From NCBI GenBank assembly GCA_902569405.1, contig CACFTX010000005.1:11288-75287 (forward strand): DNA of 64,000 nt, in the 5' to 3' direction. The notes under the pieces are model-generated. The model was not told the origin of the DNA. It saw only the letters and a list, made by a program, of their open reading frames with translations, and did no database searches. Source of the stretch: an uncultured Pelagibacteraceae bacterium. Lineage in GTDB: Bacteria > Pseudomonadota > Alphaproteobacteria > Pelagibacterales > Pelagibacteraceae. Both the position numbers and the translations under genes were made by a program. Shown here in pieces: positions 11,233 to 25,151 of this stretch (position 1 is its first letter; each line of letters begins with the position of its first letter).

Positions 11233-12108
11233 ATGTCTATTTTGGTTAATAAAAATACAAAAGTTATTTGTCAGGGTTTTACTGGGTCTCATGGAACATT
11301 TCATTCAGAACAAGCAATAAAATACGGAACAAATTTAGTTGGAGGAGTTACTCCCAAAAAAGGGGGACAAAAACATCTCGATCGACCTGTTTTTAATACT
11401 GTTCAAGAAGCAAAAAAAGAAACTGGAGCGAACGCTAGTATGATTTATGTTCCAGCAAAATTTGCCGCCTCAGCTATAATTGAAGCAATTGAATCTTCAA
11501 TTGAAATTATAGTGTGTATTACTGAAGGTATACCTGTACAAGATATGTTAAAAGTTAAAGAGAAATTAAATTCTTCAAAAAGCAGACTCATAGGACCTAA
11601 TTGCCCTGGAATAATTACACCAGACGAATGTAAAATTGGGATTATGCCTGGGATTATTCACAAAAAAGGAACTGTTGGAATTATATCAAGATCAGGCACT
11701 TTAACTTATGAAGCTGTTGCTCAAACTACAGAAAATGGATTGGGACAATCAACTTGTATTGGCATTGGTGGCGATCCAATAAATGGAACAAACTTTATTG
11801 ATTGTTTAGATTTATTTTTAAATGATAAAGAAACCCAGTCTATTTTGATGATTGGAGAAATAGGCGGAACAGCAGAAGAAGAAGCTTCAGAATTTTTTAA
11901 AAATCACAAAATTAAAAAACCCATAGTTGGTTTTATTGCTGGAATTACAGCTCCACCGGGAAGAAGAATGGGTCACGCCGGAGCTATTATTTCAGGTGGC
12001 AAAGGAACAGCTCAAGACAAAATAAATAAAATGGAAGAATGTGGAATTACAATCGCAAAATCACCATCAGAAATAGGCAAAACATTATTAAATAAATTGT
12101 CTAATTGA
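11233..12108 (+). CDS. sucD: succinyl-CoA synthetase alpha subunit
   Basis: 291 aa with the SRSGTLTYE motif and phospho-His context [10 protein letters not shown]. Confidence 0.96.
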   Translation: MSILVNKNTKVICQGFTGSHGTFHSEQAIKYGTNLVGGVTPKKGGQKHLDRPVFNTVQEAKKETGANASMIYVPAKFAASAIIEAIESSIEIIVCITEGIPVQDMLKVKEKLNSSKSRLIGPNCPGIITPDECKIGIMPGIIHKKGTVGIISRSGTLTYEAVAQTTENGLGQSTCIGIGGDPINGTNFIDCLDLFLNDKETQSILMIGEIGGTAEEEASEFFKNHKIKKPIVGFIAGITAPPGRRMGHAGAIISGGKGTAQDKINKMEECGITIAKSPSEIGKTLLNKLSN

Positions 12109-12147
12109 AAAACTAATTTCACATAATATAATAATTATATTAAATTA

Positions 12148-15021
12148 ATGTCTTCGTCTAAAAACATAGAATTTGAACAAACTTCATTTTTAAGCAAATC
12201 AAATAGTGCTTTCATTGAAGAAATGTACTCAAAATATGTTGAAAAAGATCCAACTCTTCCAGAAAGTTGGAAAAAATATTTTGAAACTTTGGGCGAGGAT
12301 TTAAATTTAATTGCAAAAGAAATTGAAGGACCTAGCTGGCAAAAAAACAGAAAAAAAATAAATTTTGGTAAAAATTTTAGTAAAGAGAAAAACTTATACA
12401 ATAATCAGGATGCTGAAAAAGAAAAAGCGAACACAATTAGAGCCATAGCTTTAATTAGAGCCTACAGAATTAGAGGTCATTTAATTGCTAATTTGGACCC
12501 ACTTGGAATGATGGAAAGAAAATATCTTCACGAACTGCATCCATCCGACCATGGATTTATTAAAGAAGATTATGATAAAAAAATTTTCTTATATTCTTAT
12601 TTGGATAAAGGTTACTCGACAGTTAATGAAATAATTTCCAGTTTAAAGAAGATTTATTGTTCAACAATTGGCGTTGAATATATGCATATTTCAGATCCAA
12701 TAGAAAAAGTTTGGTTTAGGAATAGAATGGAGAAAGAAGAAAACCAACTTAAATTTACCGATATTGGAAAAAAAGCAATATTAAATAAAATTATTCAAGC
12801 AGAGGGCTTTGAAAAATTTTTAGCAAAAAAATACGTTGGGACAAAAAGATTTGGATTAGATGGAGCAGAGTCTTTAATTCCTGCAATGGAACAAATTATT
12901 AAAAGAGGAGGACAACTAGGAGTTAAAGAAATTAAAATTGGCATGCCACATAGAGGCAGATTGAATGTTTTAGCTAATGTTTTGCAAAAGTCTTATAAAA
13001 GAATTTTTAATGAGTTTGCAGGAGAATTTTCAACCACTGTAGAAGAATCGGCTGGTGATGTTAAATATCATTTAGGAGCATCATCAAATAGAGAATTTGA
13101 TGGTAATTCAGTGCATGTTAGTTTAACCGATAATCCTTCACATCTGGAAGCTGTAGATCCAGTTGTTTTAGGACAAACAAGAGCAAAGCAATTTTTTCAC
13201 AAAGATTCAAAACGAAATAAAGTAATACCAATATTGATTCATGGTGATGCTGCCTTTGCAGGACAAGGTGTAGTAGCAGAATGTTTTGCAATGTCGGGCT
13301 TACCTGGTCACAATACAGGAGGAACAATACATATAATTGTAAATAATCAGATTGGTTTTACGACAAGTCCTAGATTTGCAAGATCAAGCCCTTACCCTTC
13401 TGATCTAGGAAAAGTTGTTGATGCTCCCATATTACATTGCAATGGTGATGATCCTGAGGCAGTTATTTATTGTGCGAAGATTGCAATCGAGTTTAGACAT
13501 AAATTTAATAAAGATGTTGTTATTGATATGATTTGTTATCGAAGATTTGGTCACAATGAAGGAGATGAACCTTCTTTTACTCAACCTTTAATGTATAAAA
13601 AAATTAGACAACACCCCACAACATTAAATGTTTATGGAAATAGACTTGTCAAAGAAGGAAGCATCAGCGCAGAACAATTTGAAAAAATGAAAAATGATTT
13701 TAAAAATCTTCTAGAAGAACAGTACAAAACTGCTAAAGACTATAAGCCTAAAATTGAATGGTATGAAGGAACTTGGTCAAGATACAGACCAGAAAAAGGA
13801 AAAGATAAGAGAGGAAAAAGTGGAGTTGAATTAGCTAAAATTCAGAAAATTTCTGAAAAAATTAATACTATTCCTTCAACAGTAAATGTTCATAAAACAA
13901 TTTCTAAAGTTTTAGATTTGAGAAAACAATCAGTTATTAAAAAAAAAGGAATAGACTGGGCGTCAGCTGAATCATTGGCATTTGGCACTTTACTTGAAGA
14001 AGGTTTTCCTGTGAGGCTTGTCGGGCAAGATTCTGGAAGAGGAACATTCAGTCAAAGACATTCTGTTTTGAGAAATCAAAAAGATAACTCTCGATATATA
14101 CCGTTAAATCATATTTCAAAAAATCAAAAAAATTTTGAAGTTGTTGATAGTTTTCTATCTGAACTTGCTGTTCTTGGATTTGAATATGGTTACAGTTTAG
14201 TTGAACCAAGTACGCTAACTATTTGGGAAGCACAATTTGGAGATTTTGCTAATGGTGCTCAAATAATTATAGATCAATTTATTGCATCGGGGGAAAGAAA
14301 ATGGTCCAGAGCAAGTGGACTTGTAATGCTTTTGCCTCATGGATATGAGGGACAAGGCCCAGAACATTCATCTGGAAGACTAGAAAGATTTTTACAACTA
14401 TGTGCTCAGGACAACTTGCAAGTAATGAATTGCACAACTCCTGCAAATTATTTTCATGCTTTGAGACGCCAAATACACAGAGATTTTAGAAAACCCTTAG
14501 TTATTATGACACCAAAATCATTATTAAGAAATAAGCTTTGCGTATCAAATTTAGAAGATTTTGGTAAAAAAAATTCTTTTCATAGAGTTTTATGGGATCA
14601 CGCTATTGATCCTAAGGAAAGCGGTTTTGTAAAACTTAAAAAAAGTGAAAAAATAAGAAAAGTCATTTTGTGCTCTGGGAAGGTTTACTTTGATCTTTTG
14701 GAAGAAAGAGAAAAATTAAAAAATGACGAAGTAGTAATATTTAGAATAGAACAGCTATACCCATTTCCTGTCAAACCTCTGGTTAAAGAGATTAAAAGAT
14801 ATGCTAAAAATGCAAAATTTTACTGGTGCCAAGAAGAACCAAAGAATATGGGTGCATGGCTTTTAGTGCGAGATTATATTCAATGGACATTAAAGTATAT
14901 TGGAGCTAAAAATAAAGAAATCATGTATATAGGTAGAAATCCCGCAGCATCTCCAGCTACTGGATATGCTAAAAGGCACCTAGCACAACAGAAGGCAATA
15001 ATAGATCAGGTTTTTGAATAA
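12148..15021 (+). CDS. sucA: 2-oxoglutarate dehydrogenase E1 component
   Basis: 957 aa with full-length E1o similarity and TPP-binding region ([11 protein letters not shown]). Confidence 0.96.
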   Translation: MSSSKNIEFEQTSFLSKSNSAFIEEMYSKYVEKDPTLPESWKKYFETLGEDLNLIAKEIEGPSWQKNRKKINFGKNFSKEKNLYNNQDAEKEKANTIRAIALIRAYRIRGHLIANLDPLGMMERKYLHELHPSDHGFIKEDYDKKIFLYSYLDKGYSTVNEIISSLKKIYCSTIGVEYMHISDPIEKVWFRNRMEKEENQLKFTDIGKKAILNKIIQAEGFEKFLAKKYVGTKRFGLDGAESLIPAMEQIIKRGGQLGVKEIKIGMPHRGRLNVLANVLQKSYKRIFNEFAGEFSTTVEESAGDVKYHLGASSNREFDGNSVHVSLTDNPSHLEAVDPVVLGQTRAKQFFHKDSKRNKVIPILIHGDAAFAGQGVVAECFAMSGLPGHNTGGTIHIIVNNQIGFTTSPRFARSSPYPSDLGKVVDAPILHCNGDDPEAVIYCAKIAIEFRHKFNKDVVIDMICYRRFGHNEGDEPSFTQPLMYKKIRQHPTTLNVYGNRLVKEGSISAEQFEKMKNDFKNLLEEQYKTAKDYKPKIEWYEGTWSRYRPEKGKDKRGKSGVELAKIQKISEKINTIPSTVNVHKTISKVLDLRKQSVIKKKGIDWASAESLAFGTLLEEGFPVRLVGQDSGRGTFSQRHSVLRNQKDNSRYIPLNHISKNQKNFEVVDSFLSELAVLGFEYGYSLVEPSTLTIWEAQFGDFANGAQIIIDQFIASGERKWSRASGLVMLLPHGYEGQGPEHSSGRLERFLQLCAQDNLQVMNCTTPANYFHALRRQIHRDFRKPLVIMTPKSLLRNKLCVSNLEDFGKKNSFHRVLWDHAIDPKESGFVKLKKSEKIRKVILCSGKVYFDLLEEREKLKNDEVVIFRIEQLYPFPVKPLVKEIKRYAKNAKFYWCQEEPKNMGAWLLVRDYIQWTLKYIGAKNKEIMYIGRNPAASPATGYAKRHLAQQKAIIDQVFE

Positions 15022-15023
15022 AA

Positions 15024-16382
15024 ATGAGTGAAAAGATTGTAGTACCGGCATTAGGAGAAAGTATAACTGAAGCAACAGTAGCTAAATGGTTAAAAAATAC
15101 TGGAGACAGTATAGAGGCCGACGAACCAATTGTTGAACTTGAAACAGATAAAGTTAACCTTGAAGTTCCATCTCCAGTTAATGGAGTTTTAGGAAAAATT
15201 AGCGCAAGTGAAGGTGATGTAGTTAAAGTTGGTTCAATATTAGGTCTAATCAACTCAAATTCAAAAGGTCATACTGGCAACAATTTAAAAGAGAAGTTAG
15301 AAGACAAAGAAGAAAATAATGTAGTAAATATTGATATTGAAAAAAAGAAAGAACAAAAAGAAATTAGAATTTTTAAAAAAGAAGAAAAAGAAATTGATGA
15401 AGAAGAGAGTCCTATAGAGGAAAAACCTTTAGTTTTATCAAATAAAGAAATTGACGAAGAAGAGAGTCCTATAGAGGAAAAACCTTTAGTTTTAACAAAT
15501 GTGGTTGAAGAAAAAATAGAAACTAATCAAAATTTATCTCCAGCGGTAAGAAAAATAGTTGCTGAAAATAAAATTGATGTAAAAAAAATCAAAGGATCTG
15601 GAAAGGATGGAAGAGTATTAAAAGAAGATTTGATTAATTTGATGGGGGTTAACCCGGGTCCATCTGAGAGAAAAATTAAATACGGTCATGAGGAAAGAAT
15701 TAAAATGACTAGATTAAGACAAACGATAGCAAAAAGATTAAAACAAGCCCAAGAAAATGCAGCCTTGCTTACAACTTTTAATGAAGTAGATATGACAAAT
15801 ATTATTGAAATGAGAAAAGAAAATCAGGGTGATTTTCAAAAAAGATATGGAATTAAATTAGGATTTATGTCTTTTTTTGTAAAAGCTTCTGTAGTTGCTT
15901 TAAAAAATTTTCCAGCTGTTAATGCTGAAATAGAAGGTAATGAAATAGTTTATAAAAATTATTATAATATAAGTTTTGCAGTAGGTACTGAAAAAGGTCT
16001 TGTTGTTCCAGTTTTAAGAAATGCAGACGAACTATCATTTGCTGATATAGAAAAAAATATAAAAAATCTTTCAGATAAAGCTAAGGATGGAAAACTAACT
16101 ATTGAAGATCTGCAAGGAGGAACTTTTACAATTAGTAACGGTGGTGTTTACGGATCTATGCTTTCCACGCCTATTTTAAATTTACCACAGTCAGGCGTAT
16201 TAGGCATGCATAATATTGTTGATAGGCCTATAGTAGTTGACGGGGAAATTAAAATTAGGCCGGTTATGTATTTGGCTTTATCATATGACCATCGAATAAT
16301 AGATGGAAAAGACTCGGTATCATTTTTAAAAACTATAAAAGAGAATTTAGAAGATCCTAGAAGATTATTTTTAAATATTTAA
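15024..16382 (+). CDS. sucB: dihydrolipoyllysine succinyltransferase (E2o)
   Basis: 452 aa with a lipoyl domain ([11 protein letters not shown]), a PSBD ([12 protein letters not shown]) and a catalytic domain ([10 protein letters not shown]). Confidence 0.96.
   Translation: MSEKIVVPALGESITEATVAKWLKNTGDSIEADEPIVELETDKVNLEVPSPVNGVLGKISASEGDVVKVGSILGLINSNSKGHTGNNLKEKLEDKEENNVVNIDIEKKKEQKEIRIFKKEEKEIDEEESPIEEKPLVLSNKEIDEEESPIEEKPLVLTNVVEEKIETNQNLSPAVRKIVAENKIDVKKIKGSGKDGRVLKEDLINLMGVNPGPSERKIKYGHEERIKMTRLRQTIAKRLKQAQENAALLTTFNEVDMTNIIEMRKENQGDFQKRYGIKLGFMSFFVKASVVALKNFPAVNAEIEGNEIVYKNYYNISFAVGTEKGLVVPVLRNADELSFADIEKNIKNLSDKAKDGKLTIEDLQGGTFTISNGGVYGSMLSTPILNLPQSGVLGMHNIVDRPIVVDGEIKIRPVMYLALSYDHRIIDGKDSVSFLKTIKENLEDPRRLFLNI
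15389..15499 (+). repeat. in-frame 57-bp tandem duplication in the sucB inter-domain linker
   Basis: Unit 1 starts at 15389 and unit 2 at 15446. About 54 bp align with 2 mismatches (gat/gac, tca/aca). The repeat encodes [16 protein letters not shown](S/T)N twice. Confidence 0.9.
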
Positions 16383-17783
16383 ATGTCAGAAAAATTTCAA
16401 GCAGTTGTTATCGGCGGAGGTCCAGGAGGTTATGTATGTGCAATAAGATTATCACAACTAGGGATAAAAACAGCCTGTATAGATTCTAGAGTAACATTAG
16501 GTGGAACATGTTTAAATATAGGTTGCATACCATCAAAAAGTTTACTGAACTTGTCTGAAAATTTTGAAAAAACAAAAAACTTTTCTAATCTTGGAATAGA
16601 AGTTGGTCAGGTTAAATTAAATTTAGATAAAATAATGCAAAATAAAAATAAAGCAGTAGATACTTTGACTAAAGGAGTAGAGTTCTTATTTAAAAAAAAT
16701 AAAGTTTCTTATTACAAGGGAATTGCTAGCTTTAAATCTGAAAAAAAAATTTCAATAAAAGATGAAAAAAAAAAAGAAACTATAATTGAAGCAGAAAAAA
16801 TAATTATAAGCACAGGTTCAGAACCAACATCATTACCCGGTATGGAGTTTGATGAAAAGATAGTTTTATCTTCGACTGGGGCATTATCTTTAAAAAAAGT
16901 ACCAAAAAAAATGGTAGTGGTTGGTGGAGGTTATATTGGGTTAGAAATGGGTTCAGTTTGGTTAAGATTTGGTACCGAAGTACATGTTGTAGAATTTTTA
17001 GATCATATTACACCTGGGATGGACAGAGAAATTTCAAAAGAGCTTATGAAAATATTAAAAAAGCAAGGAATGAAATTTCACTTGCAAACCAAACTAGAAA
17101 GTATCAAAAAAAATAATAGTGGAGTTAAAATTACAACAAAAGATAAAGATGGAAAAAAAATTGATTTTGATTGTGATGTTGTATTAATTTCAGTTGGTAG
17201 AAAACCAAATACAAAAAACTTAGGTTTAGAAAAAATAAACATTGTTTTAGATGATAAAAAACGAATAAAAACTAACAGTAATTTTGAAACAAATGTAAAG
17301 AATATTTACGCAATAGGAGATGTTATATCGGGACCCATGTTGGCGCACAAAGCTGAAGAAGAAGGTATTGCTGTAGCAGAACTGATTGCAGGTCAATCGG
17401 GGCATGTTAATTATGATGTTATACCAGGCGTAATTTATACATCACCCGAAGTTGCATCGGTTGGAAAAACAGAAGAACAATTAAAAGAATTAAATAAAAA
17501 ATATAAAGTAGGAAAATTTCCTTTTTTAGCTAATTCAAGAGCCAAAGCTATCGATGAACCCGAAGGCTTTGTAAAAATACTAGTAGACGGTAAAACAGAT
17601 AAAATTTTGGGCGTTCATATGATAGGCCCTCATGCAGGTGAAATGATTGCAGAAATAGGAATTGCTATGGAATTTGGAGCAAGTGCAGAAGATATTGCTC
17701 GAACTTGCCATGCCCATCCAACTTTTTCTGAAGCCATAAAAGAGGCCGCTTTATCTGTAGATAAAAGAGCAATACACTCTTAA
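16383..17783 (+). CDS. lpdA: dihydrolipoyl dehydrogenase (E3)
   Basis: 466 aa with GGGPGGY, the redox disulfide GGTCLNIGCIPSK and C-terminal HAHPTFSE. Confidence 0.96.
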   Translation: MSEKFQAVVIGGGPGGYVCAIRLSQLGIKTACIDSRVTLGGTCLNIGCIPSKSLLNLSENFEKTKNFSNLGIEVGQVKLNLDKIMQNKNKAVDTLTKGVEFLFKKNKVSYYKGIASFKSEKKISIKDEKKKETIIEAEKIIISTGSEPTSLPGMEFDEKIVLSSTGALSLKKVPKKMVVVGGGYIGLEMGSVWLRFGTEVHVVEFLDHITPGMDREISKELMKILKKQGMKFHLQTKLESIKKNNSGVKITTKDKDGKKIDFDCDVVLISVGRKPNTKNLGLEKINIVLDDKKRIKTNSNFETNVKNIYAIGDVISGPMLAHKAEEEGIAVAELIAGQSGHVNYDVIPGVIYTSPEVASVGKTEEQLKELNKKYKVGKFPFLANSRAKAIDEPEGFVKILVDGKTDKILGVHMIGPHAGEMIAEIGIAMEFGASAEDIARTCHAHPTFSEAIKEAALSVDKRAIHS

Positions 17784-17805
17784 AAAATTTTCATAATATA
17801 TAAAT

Positions 17806-19767
17806 ATGAAAGTGCCGATTCTTTTGCCAAATATCTTTAACTACCCATTTACGTATCAGTCAGATTTGAATCTAAAAGTTGGCGAATATGTAATAGTTCC
17901 TTTTGGTAAAACTAAAATGGTAGGTGTAGTTTGGAATCATTTTGAAACAGATAATCAAAAAAATTTTCATATAAAAAAAATTATAAAAAAACTAAAAGTC
18001 AAACCATTAAATAAGAACACAATTAAGTTTTTAAACTGGTTTTCGCAATACAATTTAATTCCAAAAGGAATGTCTTTAAAGCTGCATTTATTAAGCAATG
18101 AAGCAGTGGAAGAGATGCCTGATAAAGAATATGAAAGTTATAAATTAATAAAAAAAACAAATGATTTTAAACTTTCTGAAGAACAAGAGAAAAGTCTTGA
18201 TGAATTAAAAATTAAAAATAAAGAATTTAGAGTTCATGTGCTTCAAGGAACAACCGGATCTGGGAAAACAATAGTATATTTTAATTCAATAAAAAATAAA
18301 ATTGACAAGGGTTATCAAGGGTTAATTTTGCTACCAGAGATAGGACTAACATCTGAATTTGAGAAAAAATTTATAGATTTTTTCGGATTTGCTCCTGCAA
18401 TTTGGCATTCTGGAATAACAAAAAAGAAGAAAAAAATTATTTGGGCTGGATTAAATAACGGAAAAATTAAAGTAGTTATTGGTGCAAGATCTGCATTATT
18501 TTTACCATTTAATAAATTAGGAATAATTATTGTAGATGAAGAACACGATCAATCATACAAGCAAGATGAAGGTGTAATTTACAATGCTCGTGACATGGCA
18601 ATCTCAAGAGCTTCTTTTGAAAATATACCAATAGATCTTGTCTCTGCAGTACCATCAATAGAAACTTATGAAAATATAAAAAAAAAAAAATATTCCTACT
18701 CTAGAATAATCAACAGATATAAAAATGCTCAGCTTCCTGAACATCAAATTATTGATTTAAATAAATATAAACTAAACAATCAATCTTGGATTTCATCAAA
18801 AACAATAGAAAAAGTAAAATATCATTTAGAAAATGATGATCAGGTTCTTTTTTTTATAAATAGAAGAGGATTTTCACCTTATGTTTTTTGCAAAAATTGT
18901 TTAAAAGTTTATTCATGCCCACACTGTTCAATTAATTTAGTTTATCATAAAAATAAAAAAAAACTGTTGTGTCATTATTGTGGTTTCGCATCAAATTTGA
19001 AAAGAAAATGTGATAGGAATATAAGTGGTAGTTGTAAATTTACTTTTAGTGGACCTGGAGTAGAAAAAATTTTTGAAGAGGTAAAAAAATTTTTTCCCAA
19101 TCACAAATCATTAATTTTTTCTAGTGACACAATGAATAAAAAATCATCTTCAAATGATCTACAAAAAATTATTAATAATGAAGTTAAAATTTTAATTGGC
19201 ACACAATTAATATCTAAAGGCTACCACTTCCCAAATTTAAACTGTATTGTTGTTTTAGATATAGACTTATCATCTCTAGGTCATGATTTAAGAGGTGCAG
19301 AGAAGAATCTACAATTATATCACCAACTTTCAGGAAGAGCAGGTAGAGCTGGGAAGCCGGCAACTGTATATTTTCAAACCTATAATTTAAAATCTGATAC
19401 AATTTCTAAACTTACAAATTCTGATCCATTTATATTTTTAGAAAATGAACTTCAATTAAGAAAAAAAAATAATCTACCACCATTCGAAAGGTTTGTTTCT
19501 TTGATATTAACTTCTAAAAATGAAAAAAAATTGGAAAATGAATCTTATAGGCTTAAACGACACTTAGTGAAAAATTTAAATGGTAAAATTTTAGGGCCTA
19601 TAAATGCACCTATTTATAAGATTAGAAAAAATTTTAGAAATAGGTTATTGATACGAAGCAAAAAGACACATAAAATTCAAGAGCCTCTTGGCTTGGTCTT
19701 GAAAAAATTTGAATTTTCATCAGGAATGAAACTAACGGTTGATGTTGACCCAATAAGCTTTAATTAA
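17806..19767 (+). CDS. priA: primosomal replication-restart helicase PriA
   Basis: 653 aa with Walker A GTTGSGKT, a DEEH box and Cys-rich zinc motifs (CKNC...CPHC...CHYC). Confidence 0.9.
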   Translation: MKVPILLPNIFNYPFTYQSDLNLKVGEYVIVPFGKTKMVGVVWNHFETDNQKNFHIKKIIKKLKVKPLNKNTIKFLNWFSQYNLIPKGMSLKLHLLSNEAVEEMPDKEYESYKLIKKTNDFKLSEEQEKSLDELKIKNKEFRVHVLQGTTGSGKTIVYFNSIKNKIDKGYQGLILLPEIGLTSEFEKKFIDFFGFAPAIWHSGITKKKKKIIWAGLNNGKIKVVIGARSALFLPFNKLGIIIVDEEHDQSYKQDEGVIYNARDMAISRASFENIPIDLVSAVPSIETYENIKKKKYSYSRIINRYKNAQLPEHQIIDLNKYKLNNQSWISSKTIEKVKYHLENDDQVLFFINRRGFSPYVFCKNCLKVYSCPHCSINLVYHKNKKKLLCHYCGFASNLKRKCDRNISGSCKFTFSGPGVEKIFEEVKKFFPNHKSLIFSSDTMNKKSSSNDLQKIINNEVKILIGTQLISKGYHFPNLNCIVVLDIDLSSLGHDLRGAEKNLQLYHQLSGRAGRAGKPATVYFQTYNLKSDTISKLTNSDPFIFLENELQLRKKNNLPPFERFVSLILTSKNEKKLENESYRLKRHLVKNLNGKILGPINAPIYKIRKNFRNRLLIRSKKTHKIQEPLGLVLKKFEFSSGMKLTVDVDPISFN

Positions 19768-19787
19768 TTGTTAAAAAAAAAGCAATT

Positions 19788-19816
19788 TTGACAATCTGCA
19801 GCTTGAAGAGAATATT
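19788..19816 (+). promoter_or_regulatory. candidate sigma70-type promoter of the atp operon
   Basis: TTGACA (19788-19793), 17-nt spacer, AATATT (19811-19816). It lies about 60 nt upstream of the atpH TTG start. A 7-bp inverted repeat overlaps it. Confidence 0.4.
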
Positions 19817-19877
19817 GTCATGTGCTACTTAAATTCAAAATTTTAAGGAAACTTCGAATATTAATTAGAGGCATAAA

Positions 19878-20435
19878 TTGAGTAAAAATAAGAGTTTTTC
19901 TGGCACATCAGCGAATAGGTATTCACTAGCGCTTTACGAACTGGCAAACGAGTCTAATGAACTAAATGAAATAGAAAAAAATTGTTCTTCATTGATTAAA
20001 CTAATATTTAATAGTGATGAATTTAAATCGTTAATAAAAAATCCCACTATAAAAAAGGAAGAACTACTTTCTACTGTTTTAAAAATATCAGAGCAATATA
20101 AATTGAATGGTTTACTAATTAAATTTTTGAGCTTTTTAATATCAAAAAGAAGATTTTTTTATGTTGAAAAAATATTAAAGGATTTTATTGAAACTTGTTC
20201 AAAAAAAAGGGGGGAAGTGAAAGCTCAATTAACTTCAGCAAAAAAACTTTCGGAAGGCGAGATAAATAGCATTAAAGAAGAATTAACAAAAAATTTTAGT
20301 TCAAAAATAAAATTAAATTATAAATATGATGCAAGTTTAATTGGTGGATTAGTGGTTCAAATAGGTAGTACAATGGTTGATACTTCAATTAAAAATAAAT
20401 TACAAAAAATAGAAAGTAGAATGATAGAGGCTTAA
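19878..20435 (+). CDS. atpH: F1Fo ATP synthase delta (OSCP) subunit
   Basis: 185 aa with a TTG start 6 nt after AGAGG. Shows OSCP-like sequence (RYSLALYELA) and is first in atpHAGDC order. Confidence 0.9.
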   Translation: MSKNKSFSGTSANRYSLALYELANESNELNEIEKNCSSLIKLIFNSDEFKSLIKNPTIKKEELLSTVLKISEQYKLNGLLIKFLSFLISKRRFFYVEKILKDFIETCSKKRGEVKAQLTSAKKLSEGEINSIKEELTKNFSSKIKLNYKYDASLIGGLVVQIGSTMVDTSIKNKLQKIESRMIEA

Positions 20436-21971
20436 ATGGAAATAAATCCTTCAGAAGTAACAAAAATATTAAAAGAACAAATAAAAAATTTTGGAGATAA
20501 GGCGGAGATAACTGAGGTGGGACAAGTTTTATCAGTAGGTGATGGTATAGCTAGAATTTATGGGCTCGATAATGTTCAAGCAGGAGAAATGGTAGAATTT
20601 GTCGATGGTTCAAAAGGTATGGCGTTAAACTTAGAAAGTGAAAATGTTGGTGTTGTAATTTTTGGAGATGATAAGGCTATTAAAGAAGGAGACACTGTTA
20701 AAAGAACAGGGGCAATTGTTGATACTCCAGTTGGAAAAGAATTATTAGGAAGAGTTGTTGATGGGTTAGGAAATCCAATAGATGGAAAAGGAGCATTAGA
20801 TAAAAGTGTTAAAAGAAGCAGAGTTGAAGTAAAGGCTCCAGGAATAATTCCACGTAAATCGGTTAGCGAACCAATGCAAACTGGACTTAAATCAATTGAT
20901 AGTTTGGTTCCAATTGGAAGAGGTCAGAGAGAATTAATTATTGGTGATAGACAAACAGGTAAAACTGCAGTTGCTATTGATGCAATTATAAACCAAAAAA
21001 AAATAAATGAATCTAATGATGAGAAACAAAAATTATACTGTGTTTACGTAGCAATAGGTCAAAAAAGATCTACAGTTAGACAAATTGAAAAAACTTTAGA
21101 AGAAGCTGGTGCAATGGAATATACAACGATTGTTGCAGCGACAGCTTCAGATGCGGCTCCACTTCAATTTTTAGCTCCTTATACTGGTTGTGCTATGGGA
21201 GAATATTTTAGAGATAATGGAATGCATGCATTAATTATATACGATGATCTTTCAAAACAAGCGGTTGCTTATAGGCAAATGTCACTTTTACTAAGAAGAC
21301 CTCCTGGAAGAGAAGCTTACCCGGGAGATGTATTTTATTTACATAGCAGACTACTTGAAAGAGCTGCTAAATTGAGCGATGAGCATGGAGGAGGATCTTT
21401 GACAGCACTTCCAATAATTGAAACACAAGGTGGTGATGTTTCTGCATTTATACCTACCAATGTGATTTCAATTACAGATGGTCAAATTTTTTTGGAAACA
21501 GAATTATTCAACCAAGGTATAAGACCAGCAATTAACGTAGGACTATCTGTTTCAAGAGTTGGATCTTCTGCTCAAACGAAGGCAATGAAAAAAGTTTCTG
21601 GATCAATGAAACTTGAATTAGCTCAATATAGAGAAATGGCAGCATTTGCTCAGTTTGGATCAGATTTAGATGCTTCTACTCAGAAACTTTTAAACAGAGG
21701 TTCTAAATTAACTGAACTATTAAAACAAAAACAATACTCCCCTATGACTGTGGCTGAACAAGTAATTTCAGTATTTTGTGGTGTTAAAGGTCATTTAGAT
21801 GATATTGAACAAAAAAATATTGCTAATTTTGAAAATAAAATTATAGAAAAATGTAAATCTGAAAAACCAGAAATTTTAGATTCAATATCAAATTCAGGTA
21901 AACTTGAAGATGTTGTGGAAAAATCTTTAAATGAAATTATTACCGAACTTAAAAAAAATTTTAATTCTTAG
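20436..21971 (+). CDS. atpA: ATP synthase alpha subunit
   Basis: 511 aa with P-loop GDRQTGKT and full-length similarity. Confidence 0.98.
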   Translation: MEINPSEVTKILKEQIKNFGDKAEITEVGQVLSVGDGIARIYGLDNVQAGEMVEFVDGSKGMALNLESENVGVVIFGDDKAIKEGDTVKRTGAIVDTPVGKELLGRVVDGLGNPIDGKGALDKSVKRSRVEVKAPGIIPRKSVSEPMQTGLKSIDSLVPIGRGQRELIIGDRQTGKTAVAIDAIINQKKINESNDEKQKLYCVYVAIGQKRSTVRQIEKTLEEAGAMEYTTIVAATASDAAPLQFLAPYTGCAMGEYFRDNGMHALIIYDDLSKQAVAYRQMSLLLRRPPGREAYPGDVFYLHSRLLERAAKLSDEHGGGSLTALPIIETQGGDVSAFIPTNVISITDGQIFLETELFNQGIRPAINVGLSVSRVGSSAQTKAMKKVSGSMKLELAQYREMAAFAQFGSDLDASTQKLLNRGSKLTELLKQKQYSPMTVAEQVISVFCGVKGHLDDIEQKNIANFENKIIEKCKSEKPEILDSISNSGKLEDVVEKSLNEIITELKKNFNS

Positions 21972-21974
21972 AAA

Positions 21975-24270
<2,296 letters not shown>

Positions 24271-24271
<1 letters not shown>

Positions 24272-24669
24272 TGAGAGAAGGTTTTAAACTTGAAATAGTA
24301 AACCCAGAAAGTTCATTTTTATCAAAAGAAGGAGTTTCAGAGGTAGTAGTGCCAGCGTTTGAAGGTGATATGGGAATATTAAAAGATCATATATCAATAA
24401 TATCTTTTTTAAAACCTGGACTAATGAGGATTTTTGAAGGATCAAATGAAGAAATTTATTATGTTGATGATGGAATAATAGAATTTAAAAATAATTGTTT
24501 ATCAATATTAACAAGTAATATTTTTGATATTAAAAAAATTGATAAAAATTTTGCAAAAGATGCTTTGGCTAAAGCTGAGCAAGATGCTCAAAAAAAAGAC
24601 ATTTCCGATCAAAGCAAATATTTGCTTGATCAAAAAATTGAAGTTTTAAAAAATTTAACTTTAAATTAG
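24271..24669 (+). CDS. atpC: ATP synthase epsilon subunit
   Basis: 132 aa, start overlapping the atpD stop, last gene of the atp operon. Confidence 0.9.
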
Positions 24670-25151
24670 TTTAATATTTTTGATATTTCTTGTTTAATAT
24701 TTTTGTAAACGTTTAGTTTAAAATTTACAGCTATTTTTGTTAAATCTTCTAAATCAATCCATTTCCAGTCTAGAAATTCAGGTTTTTTTGTATTTATATT
24801 AATCTCTGATTCATTTCCAATAAATCTCATAATAAACCATTTTTGTGTTTGGCCTTTAAATCTACCTTTCCAGATAATTCCTATTAACTTATCGGGCAAA
24901 ATGTAGGTTAGTTTTTTTTCAATTTCTTGAACTAGTTCTACACTTACTATACTAGTTTCCTCTTTTAATTCTCTCAAAGCAGCATCATAATAGTTTTCAC
25001 CCTCGTCAACACCTCCCTGGGGCATCTGCCAAAAGTTTTTTGGGTTATCTATTCTTTTGGCTACGAATATTTTATTTTCATTATTTAACACAACAATTCC
25101 AACTCCGTTCCTGTAAGGGAGTTTTTCAAAGTTTTTCACTTTTTTATCCAT
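24666..25151 (-). CDS. rppH: Nudix RNA pyrophosphohydrolase
   Basis: 161 aa with Nudix box GGVDEGENYYDAALRELKEETSI and an RppH-like N-terminus (YRNGVGIVVLN). Confidence 0.85.
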   Translation of the reverse strand: MDKKVKNFEKLPYRNGVGIVVLNNENKIFVAKRIDNPKNFWQMPQGGVDEGENYYDAALRELKEETSIVSVELVQEIEKKLTYILPDKLIGIIWKGRFKGQTQKWFIMRFIGNESEININTKKPEFLDWKWIDLEDLTKIAVNFKLNVYKNIKQEISKILN

